From: Microcystis sp. T1-4
GTDB taxonomy: Bacteria; Cyanobacteriota; Cyanobacteriia; Cyanobacteriales; Microcystaceae
Direction of reading: 5' to 3'
NCBI RefSeq assembly: GCF_000297435.1
Contig: NZ_CAIP01000190.1
Location: 1-20,038, forward strand
Length of the DNA stretch: 20,038 bases
Below, piece after piece: positions 1 through 5,469 of this stretch. The notes below the pieces were generated by a model. It did not search any database. It had not been told where the DNA came from and saw only the letters and a program-made list of their open reading frames with translations. The position numbers and the translations under genes were made by a program. The number at the start of each line of letters is the position of its first letter. Position 1 is the stretch's first letter.

Positions 1-378
1 TGCCCCAGAAGGGGTAATTTCTAATGAGGGAGATTCCCTATCATCCATCGGGTTTATGATTTTGCTAATCGATTCTTCTGGATGGCGAATAGGTGTTTTT
101 TTGGCTATTTCTATATTTATTTCTGGTTGTAACTGTAGCATCTCTGTCCAGGCCTGATCAAACTTTTCTTTTTCTTTCGGGGATTTAACCCATAAAGCTT
201 GACAAAGAAGTTTAATTTTAGGATTGTCTAAGTTGGGATTTTCTTGAATAGCAATATCAGAATCATTGGCGAGTTTTTGAATTAGGTAATTTTCCACCCG
301 ATAATATTGTTCAATAGACAGCAGAAATCCTTCTTCGTCTCTGAGTTGATAAAATAGCTCAAGTAGGGGGGATGTCAT
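1..378 (-). CDS. CoxE-like vWA-family protein, N-terminal fragment (gene continues past window start)
   Basis: Absent from the ORF track because it has no stop in the window. Hand translation of the minus strand from ATG 378..376 gives MTSPLLELFYQLRDEEGFLLSIEQYYRVENYLIQKLANDSDIAIQENPNLDNPKIKLLCQALWVKSPKEKEKFDQAWTEMLQLQPEINIEIAKKTPIRHPEES..., open to base 1. It starts 8 nt after the MoxR stop. The patterns LF..LR..G..L..E.Y and L..ALWVKS.E....FDQAW resemble the N-terminal region of VWA_CoxE-type partners of MoxR/CoxD ATPases. The vWA domain itself would lie outside the window. Confidence 0.5.
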   Translation of the reverse strand, partial: MTSPLLELFYQLRDEEGFLLSIEQYYRVENYLIQKLANDSDIAIQENPNLDNPKIKLLCQALWVKSPKEKEKFDQAWTEMLQLQPEINIEIAKKTPIRHPEESISKIINPMDDRESPSLEITPSGA

Positions 379-386
379 TGGCTTTT

Positions 387-1358
387 TTAACCTCTTGTTC
401 CATAATCTTGTAAATCGGTACGGCTTTTTAGTAAAACACTAGCGTGGGGTAATTTGTCCTCGTTTAATTTGGCGATAATTTCTTCAGGTTTGTACTTGAG
501 CAACGATTTAAACCAGGCTATTAATTCACTGGTGCTAACTTTTTTTTCTCCTTCAGATTTAGTCTCGTCTTGTGATGTTCTCACTTCCAGAAAACGGTCC
601 ACTGCTTTGATGATAACCTCTTGTTCAGCGTCGGTAAACCGTTCGGTTAATATTTTTCTTAATCTTTCTTGGTTGGGTAGCTCAATATAGTGATAAATGC
701 AACGTCTCAGAAAAGCATTGGGTAAGTTTTTTTCTTGATTACTGGTAATTATAATCAGAGGAAAAGCTTGATCATTTGCTTGAATTAATTCTCCTGTTTC
801 TTTAATGAAAAAACGACGAGATTCAATGGCTAAAAGTAAATCATTAGGAAAATCTCGATCCGCTTTATCTATTTCATCAATTAATACTACCGATTGTTCT
901 TGCTTATCTTGACTTTGTTTAAATGCTTTACCCAAGGGTTGTAAATCAACCCAATCTTTTGAAGTAGCTGGATTTTTTTGCTCAGAAGAAGATTCTCCTG
1001 CTCCTTTTTGGCTTAAAATTCCGCTAATTTGAGCAGCTTGTAAACGGCCAATATAATCATATTGATAGAGACTATCTTCCGCTTTGCTTGTAGATTGAAC
1101 TATCCATTCATGATATTTTATAGAACCACTTTGCTGACCATTATTAAATTCATAAACTAAGGCATGAGCTAGACGACTTTTGCCACATCCCGGCTCACCT
1201 TCTAGTAACAAAGGCATTCCCAATTCAATAGCCAAGTTAACAACTTCTATTAACTCATCACCTGCGTCATAGGGATAAATTTTCTGTTGAATCGGTTCAT
1301 AATAAAGTCCCGATTTAGGTTGAATTTCTCCCGTGTAAGTTAAGGATAGTTTAGCCAT
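387..1358 (-). CDS. MoxR/CoxD-class AAA+ ATPase (AAA_5-like, single module)
   Basis: 323-aa ORF. Walker A is GEPGCGKSRLA, Walker B is VVLIDEIDKADRD, the sensor-1-like strand is LIIITSNQ, and there is an Arg-rich FLRRC. Size and layout are typical of MoxR-type chaperone ATPases. The ATG at 1358 overlaps the end of the upstream gene by 19 nt. Confidence 0.8.
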   Translation of the reverse strand: MAKLSLTYTGEIQPKSGLYYEPIQQKIYPYDAGDELIEVVNLAIELGMPLLLEGEPGCGKSRLAHALVYEFNNGQQSGSIKYHEWIVQSTSKAEDSLYQYDYIGRLQAAQISGILSQKGAGESSSEQKNPATSKDWVDLQPLGKAFKQSQDKQEQSVVLIDEIDKADRDFPNDLLLAIESRRFFIKETGELIQANDQAFPLIIITSNQEKNLPNAFLRRCIYHYIELPNQERLRKILTERFTDAEQEVIIKAVDRFLEVRTSQDETKSEGEKKVSTSELIAWFKSLLKYKPEEIIAKLNEDKLPHASVLLKSRTDLQDYGTRG

Positions 1359-2719
1359 TTATTTTCCCTCGATAATTGTCCTTGAAATTGTTGATAAAAA
1401 GCTTTCAGTGTGTCTTCTATGTTGCCTTCATTGCTATTTTTCCATAATTCCTGCAAGGTAGATTTAAATAAGTCTGTGGTTTCATCCTGTAAGTCACAAC
1501 CTAACTGAAGTTGTTGAGCAAAAGTAGGAATAATTTCCTGAAAAGACCGTTGTTCAAAGCAAGAGTCAATCTGTAAGCGGTGAATAGGAAATTCTGATAA
1601 TCTGTCGCTATCTCTCCAATCATTCCCTTCTCCATAATCTAACCAAATCATTAATAAAAAGCCCAGAATAGGACTATTTTGTATTTTACGAGCGTTGGTA
1701 ATTAAGTTTTGCCAAAACGAATCAATGTCTTTTAAACGGGAAAAGTCTGCACAATCAATTCCTTCAAAAATCAAACAAAAATTATTAGCTTTTAAATTTT
1801 TAATTCCTCCAGAATTATTGAAAAAATGTTCATGAAGACTATAGCTATCCCATTCTTCCTGACCATCTCCTTGAAATTTAAAAACAATAGGTTTAACGGG
1901 CAAATTATTAGTGATCAAGATTTCTTTTTCTAAACGACGCAAACACAAAACACGATATGTATGAGGACAAGGGGGAATATAAATACTGCCTTCTCGTAAA
2001 GTTTTAGCGGCTATTGAACTGGTAAAATTTACTAGATTAGTATAATTAAATTTTGTCAAAACACGATAAATTTTTTCATTATTTGTTTGTTGATTTTTTG
2101 GGTTTTGATGATGAAGTTGACAACATTGTAAGCTTTCAAAATCTAGGCCTAATACTTCGCAATAAGCTTGAACAATATAAGACTGTTTAGAGGTTCGCCC
2201 TTTTTTTCCTAGTCCATATTTTTGTTCAGTACAAAACCGCAAACTATCTCCAGATATGCCAATTACCTTTAAAATAGACGAATCTAATAAAAAATTCAGA
2301 ACCTCATCAAAGGTTAAATGAATTAAATTATCATTAATATCTTCAATTCTGGTTGTATTTATTTTATTTTGAGTAATGTACTCCCTTTTATTCTGATTTT
2401 CAAATCCTTTAAAATCAGATTTATTTTGTAAGTACAATTTCTTACCCTTTGGTTCTAAAACCTCTTTAGTTGCTCCAGATTGTGGCTGAGATTCTGTCAT
2501 CCAATCTTTCAAGACATTTAATCGAATGGTATAACTGGAAGTTTTTGTTTGACTACGGTATTCTTCGAGAAATGCCTCAAGTAACCATCGACTTGCTTCT
2601 ATTAATATTTTCTCTATTTTCTCCGAAGCACAAGAATAGTCTCCCTCATAAGCATCTTTAGCCTTACGAAGGGTTTCTACATCTTCATCCGATAATCTGA
2701 TTTCGCCGGACCTTAACAT
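1340..2719 (-). CDS. hypothetical protein, first gene of the MoxR cassette (no recognisable family; possible degenerate P-loop core)
   Basis: This is the ORF-track 463-aa frame, which starts at TTG 2731. The first ATG is at 2719 (MLRSGEIRLSDEDVETL...), giving 459 aa. The stop TAA at 1340-1342 lies inside the MoxR gene. It is a long uninterrupted ORF in a very AT-rich stretch, which argues for real coding. I can name no catalytic motif. Confidence 0.7.
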   Translation of the reverse strand: MLRSGEIRLSDEDVETLRKAKDAYEGDYSCASEKIEKILIEASRWLLEAFLEEYRSQTKTSSYTIRLNVLKDWMTESQPQSGATKEVLEPKGKKLYLQNKSDFKGFENQNKREYITQNKINTTRIEDINDNLIHLTFDEVLNFLLDSSILKVIGISGDSLRFCTEQKYGLGKKGRTSKQSYIVQAYCEVLGLDFESLQCCQLHHQNPKNQQTNNEKIYRVLTKFNYTNLVNFTSSIAAKTLREGSIYIPPCPHTYRVLCLRRLEKEILITNNLPVKPIVFKFQGDGQEEWDSYSLHEHFFNNSGGIKNLKANNFCLIFEGIDCADFSRLKDIDSFWQNLITNARKIQNSPILGFLLMIWLDYGEGNDWRDSDRLSEFPIHRLQIDSCFEQRSFQEIIPTFAQQLQLGCDLQDETTDLFKSTLQELWKNSNEGNIEDTLKAFYQQFQGQLSRENKWLNYP

Positions 2720-2845
2720 AAATCTCGTCAAACGTCAACCTACGATCTGATCCACTTTTTGATCCCCTTTTGCCAGCATTTGCTGAAAGCATTTTAATCA
2801 ACTTGTCCTCAAAAAACAAGCCCTAAGGCGACAGGAGCAAAATCT

Positions 2846-3013
2846 ATGAATTTTTGGCAAAAACATAAAGCGGACATTGACGTGATTTGCCGCATCATCA
2901 CCACTTTAACCGCCTTGGCTAGTTTGGGTGTTCAGGTGGGGGAGTTAAAGATTCCCGAAAGCAAGATTCTTCCCCCTATCCCTGAGGTTCAGGTGGAATT
3001 AAATATCAGATGA
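2846..3013 (+). CDS. hypothetical small protein (55 aa) with one hydrophobic segment
   Basis: Below the ORF-track size cutoff. AGGAG at 2833-2837 sits 8 nt before ATG 2846. Translation is MNFWQKHKADIDVICRIITTLTALASLGVQVGELKIPESKILPPIPEVQVELNIR, with TGA at 3011-3013. It is divergent from the MoxR cassette. It contains an internal ~22-bp direct repeat (GTTCAGGTGG..TTAAA at about 2931 and about 2987), so coding status is uncertain. Confidence 0.3.
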   Translation: MNFWQKHKADIDVICRIITTLTALASLGVQVGELKIPESKILPPIPEVQVELNIR

Positions 3014-3015
3014 AC

Positions 3016-3080
3016 GTAGGTTGGGTTGAAGCATGAAACCCAACTCCTGCATGGGTTACGCTACCGCTAACCCATCCTAC
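3016..3080. repeat. 65-nt palindromic element with two internal hairpins closed by GTAGG/CCTAC
   Basis: GTAGG (3016-3020) pairs with CCTAC (3076-3080). Hairpin 1 is GTTGGGTT (3020-3027) with AACCCAAC (3037-3044). Hairpin 2 is ATGGGTTA (3051-3058) with TAACCCAT (3068-3075). It begins 3 nt after the small-ORF stop. It resembles the small dispersed palindromic repeats common in cyanobacterial intergenic DNA. Confidence 0.6.
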
Positions 3081-3146
3081 AAATAATTTTGCCTCCCTAC
3101 TTAAGACGTATTTAAATCGCTTATTCTTAGATTAGCCGAATCTCCT

Positions 3147-3184
3147 CCCCCCTTGCCCCCCCGATGTCGGGGGGGTTGGGGGGG
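3147..3184. repeat. G/C-homopolymer palindrome (C6-TTG-C7-GATGTC-G7-TT-G7)
   Basis: C runs lie at 3147-3152 and 3156-3162, and G runs at 3169-3175 and 3178-3184. C7/G7 form a hairpin around GATGTC. The plus-strand G7-TT-G7 fits a G3N1G3N2G3N1G3 quadruplex pattern. Confidence 0.7.
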
Positions 3185-3249
3185 TTGCCTCTTGCCTCAT
3201 CTCAACAGGCAATTTAAATTACGAACAGCTTTTTTCATAAGACTGGACC

Positions 3250-3282
3250 AAAACGAGGGTGAGTTAATAAGATAACCCACCC
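3250..3282 (-). terminator. candidate intrinsic terminator of ndhH
   Basis: GGGTGAGTT (3257-3265) pairs with AACCCACCC (3274-3282) at 8 of 9 positions, with an 8-nt loop. On the minus strand the hairpin starts 10 nt after the ndhH stop and is followed by TCGTTTTGG (plus-strand AAAA at 3250-3253). Confidence 0.5.
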
Positions 3283-3292
3283 TGAAAGAGAT

Positions 3293-4477
3293 TTAGCGAT
3301 CGACTGACCCCATAATAATATCAATACTGCCTAAAATCGCCATAATATCGGCAACTTTTACCCCTTTGAGGATATGGGGCAGAATTTGAAGATTATTAAA
3401 ATCAGCGGCCCGAATTTTCCAACGCCAAGGGAAGAGTTCATCATTACCGACGATAAAGATACCTAATTCACCTTTACCGCTTTCCAAGCGCACATAATGT
3501 TCACCTTTAGGGATTTTGAAAGTGGGGGCGACTTTTTTGGCGATATATTGATAGTCAAAATCATTCCAAGCTGATTTTTTCCCTTCTGCCATCCGTTTTG
3601 CTTCCAGATTTTCGTAGGGACCACCGGGTAAACCTTTCAGTGCTTGCCGGATAATTTTCACCGATTCGCGCATTTCCCGAATCCGCACCAGATAACGAGC
3701 AAAACAATCGCCGGCGGTTTCCCAATGCACTTCCCAGTCAAAATCGTCGTAACACTCGTAATGGTCAACTTTTCTTAAATCCCATTTCACCCCGGAAGCG
3801 CGCAACATCGGACCAGATAAACCCCAGTTAATCGCTTCGTCTCTGGTAATGCAGCCTATCCCTTCAATACGACGGCGGAAAATCGGGTTATTAGTGATTA
3901 ATTTCTCGTATTCGTCCACTTTGGGGTCAAAATAGTCACAGAAATCCTCGCACTTATCCACCCATCCGTAGGGTAAATCCACCGCCACGCCACCAATACG
4001 GAAATAATTATTATTAATTAACCGCATTCCCGTGGCAGCTTCCCAGAGGTCATAAATCATCTCCCGTTCCCGGAAAATGTAGAAAAAGGGAGTTTGTGCG
4101 CCTACATCCGCCATAAAGGGGCCTAACCAGAGTAAATGGTTAGCGATGCGGTTGAGTTCCAACATAATCACCCGGATATATTGCGCTCGTTTGGGAACGG
4201 CGATATCGGCTAATTTTTCGGGAGCATTGACCGTAATCGCCTCGTTAAACATCCCTGCGGCGTAATCCCAACGACTAACGTAGGGAACGTACATGACATT
4301 GCTGCGATTTTCGGCAATTTTTTCCATGCCCCGATGAAGATAACCGATTACGGGTTCACAGTCAATCACGTCTTCCCCGTCAAGGGTGACGATTAAGCGC
4401 AAAACTCCGTGCATTGACGGGTGATGGGGTCCCATGTTTAAAACCATGGGTTCTGTTCTCGTTTCAATTTTTGCCAT
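3293..4477 (-). CDS. ndhH: NAD(P)H-quinone oxidoreductase (NDH-1) subunit H, NuoD/49-kDa family
   Basis: The sequence from [28 protein letters not shown]...GYLHRGMEK... to ...[13 protein letters not shown] reads as full-length NdhH (394 aa). I moved the start to ATG 4477. The 22 extra codons in the ORF track (MCIVEAF...) are not family-like and overlap a TATAAT box. Confidence 0.95.
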   Translation of the reverse strand: MAKIETRTEPMVLNMGPHHPSMHGVLRLIVTLDGEDVIDCEPVIGYLHRGMEKIAENRSNVMYVPYVSRWDYAAGMFNEAITVNAPEKLADIAVPKRAQYIRVIMLELNRIANHLLWLGPFMADVGAQTPFFYIFREREMIYDLWEAATGMRLINNNYFRIGGVAVDLPYGWVDKCEDFCDYFDPKVDEYEKLITNNPIFRRRIEGIGCITRDEAINWGLSGPMLRASGVKWDLRKVDHYECYDDFDWEVHWETAGDCFARYLVRIREMRESVKIIRQALKGLPGGPYENLEAKRMAEGKKSAWNDFDYQYIAKKVAPTFKIPKGEHYVRLESGKGELGIFIVGNDELFPWRWKIRAADFNNLQILPHILKGVKVADIMAILGSIDIIMGSVDR

Positions 4478-4513
4478 AGGGCTACCGATGATCCCGAAAA
4501 TCTTTTTAAAGTT

Positions 4514-4543
4514 ATTATAAGTAAACGCTTCGACAATACACAA
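4514..4543 (-). promoter_or_regulatory. candidate sigma70-type promoter of ndhH
   Basis: On the minus strand, TATAAT lies at 4519..4514 and a weak -35 TTGTGT at 4543..4538, with an 18-nt spacer. This would give a ~30-nt leader to ATG 4477. It is a consensus match only. Confidence 0.3.
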
Positions 4544-4667
4544 GGACTATCGGGTATCAGGAGGCGGCTGGCAGGATTTAGGAGGCAGTCACGATGCAAC
4601 AAGTTACACTGTCAAGCATGAAAATATTCTGATCCTAAATCCAGTTATTAAAAACTGATTATTTATT

Positions 4668-4725
4668 CCCCCTTTTGCAGGAGTGCCTCTCCTGATATGT
4701 AGCCTATACTCAAGGGATTTAGTAT
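4668..4725. repeat. direct repeat copy 1 (~51-58 bp), partner at 5016-5070
   Basis: The core TTGCAGGAGTGCCTCTCCTGATATGTAGCCTATACTCAAGGGATTTAGTAT (4675-4725) matches 5020-5070 with 5 mismatches in 51 nt. Both copies are preceded by a C4-5 run. Confidence 0.8.
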
Positions 4726-4755
4726 TACTTGAGATCTGATTACTCAATCCAAGCT

Positions 4756-4820
4756 TTTGGGGGGTTCTACCCCCCAAACCCCCCGTTGGGGGCGTGGCGC
4801 CGCCCCCAAACCCCCCGCGC
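4756..4820. repeat. G/C-homopolymer palindrome cluster
   Basis: Hairpin TTTGGGGGGT (4756-4765) pairs with ACCCCCCAAA (4769-4778). Hairpin GGGGGCG (4788-4794) pairs with CGCCCCC (4801-4807). Further C6 runs lie at 4779-4784 and 4811-4816. It is the same style as 3147-3184 and 14731-14782. Confidence 0.7.
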
Positions 4821-4872
4821 ATTAGTTTTTCGGTGGGATGCTTACACGCAGCCGCTGACACATCTGTAATGA

Positions 4873-5010
4873 TTTGAGAGGGGAGCATCTCATTTATGCA
4901 AGTGAGTAATTATACTTATCTATAAAACTGGTTTCTAGCAAGGCTTTCAAAATAGCTTGACATAAAAACCTGATTTAGGGGTTACAAAGGTGAGATGCTC
5001 CCTTTGAGAG
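4873..5010. mobile_element. MITE-like element: 122 bp with 12-bp perfect terminal inverted repeats and an 8-bp target-site duplication
   Basis: TIR-L GGGAGCATCTCA (4881-4892) is the exact reverse complement of TIR-R TGAGATGCTCCC (4991-5002). Identical TTTGAGAG lies immediately outside both ends (4873-4880 and 5003-5010). The interior is 98 nt, AT-rich, and has no ORF. Confidence 0.55.
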
Positions 5011-5015
5011 TCACT

Positions 5016-5070
5016 CCCCTTGCAGGAGTGTCTCTGCTGATATGTAGCTTATACTCAACAGATTTAGTAT
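5016..5070. repeat. direct repeat copy 2, partner at 4668-4725
   Basis: See copy 1. The two copies bracket the G/C palindrome cluster and the MITE. Confidence 0.8.
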
Positions 5071-5153
5071 GATCGACGAATTGGCGTTATTTCAGCTTCT
5101 GTTTTCCAGTCAGTCAGGATTTAGGAGATTATTTTTATTTATACTTCCCACTT

Positions 5154-5177
5154 CCCCACACCCCACACCCCACACCC
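5154..5177. repeat. heptamer tandem repeat (CCCCACA) x3.4, STRR-like
   Basis: CCCCACA units lie at 5154, 5161 and 5168, followed by CCC. The minus strand reads GGGTGTGGGGTGTGGGGTGTGGGG, which has four G-tracts with 3-nt loops. It is preceded by AGGAGATTATTTTTATTTAT (5123-5142). Confidence 0.9.
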
Positions 5178-5221
5178 TCTTTGAAGTCAGGAGATTATTT
5201 TTATTTATTCTCCCCATTTCC

Positions 5222-5255
5222 TAATTCATAATTCATAATTCATAATTCATAATTC
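5222..5255. repeat. heptamer tandem repeat (TAATTCA) x4.9, STRR-like
   Basis: TAATTCA units start at 5222, 5229, 5236 and 5243, with a partial unit at 5250. It is preceded by a second exact copy of AGGAGATTATTTTTATTTAT (5189-5208). Confidence 0.9.
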
Positions 5256-5469
5256 CCTCTCCCCGCTCGATCGAGTACAATAGAGTGTTCAGCAAAAGCG
5301 ATCGGCTATTAGCTTTGATTAGTCCTTCGGTAAGAGTTATAAACCAGAGAAAAGAGCCATTAAGAGCGGCAATCAGCTGAAAAAGCTCAAAAACTGAATT
5401 TTAGGCCGAAGGCTGACCTTAGCTTGCTGAAAGCTGAATCCCGTTGATAATTTTTTTACTTGAATCACC

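Noticed and set aside
454-2661. Plus-strand ORFs 454-690 and 2470-2661, antisense to the MoxR and orphan genes
   Set aside because: They are shadow ORFs inside much longer, motif-supported (MoxR) or much longer (orphan) genes on the other strand. Their Ser/Leu-rich composition is typical of antisense frames.
2726-2738. Tandem CGTCAA-A-CGTCAA (TTGACG twice on the minus strand) as the promoter or operator of the cassette
   Set aside because: It overlaps or abuts the candidate start codons (2719 and 2731). A promoter there would remove the start of the ORF. It may be a binding site, but I have no support for that.
4478-4543. N-terminal extensions proposed by the ORF track (ndhH 4478-4543, nnr 13151-13219, lysC 15126-15176, N-domain ORF 17024-17089)
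   Set aside because: The extensions are not family-like and use TTG or other upstream codons. They also overlap promoter-like or hairpin elements. In each case the first ATG gives the canonical N-terminus.
4604-4888. 94-aa minus-strand ORF (Gly/Pro-rich: GGFGGGATPPTGGLGGRTPQ)
   Set aside because: The reading frame is produced by G/C-homopolymer palindromes and a dispersed repeat. It is low-complexity, has no start context, and lies in a repeat-filled spacer.
4957-4988. Perfect TTGACA (4957-4962) inside the MITE as a promoter
   Set aside because: There is no acceptable -10 hexamer at 16-19 nt spacing. The best candidate is TACAAA at 20 nt.
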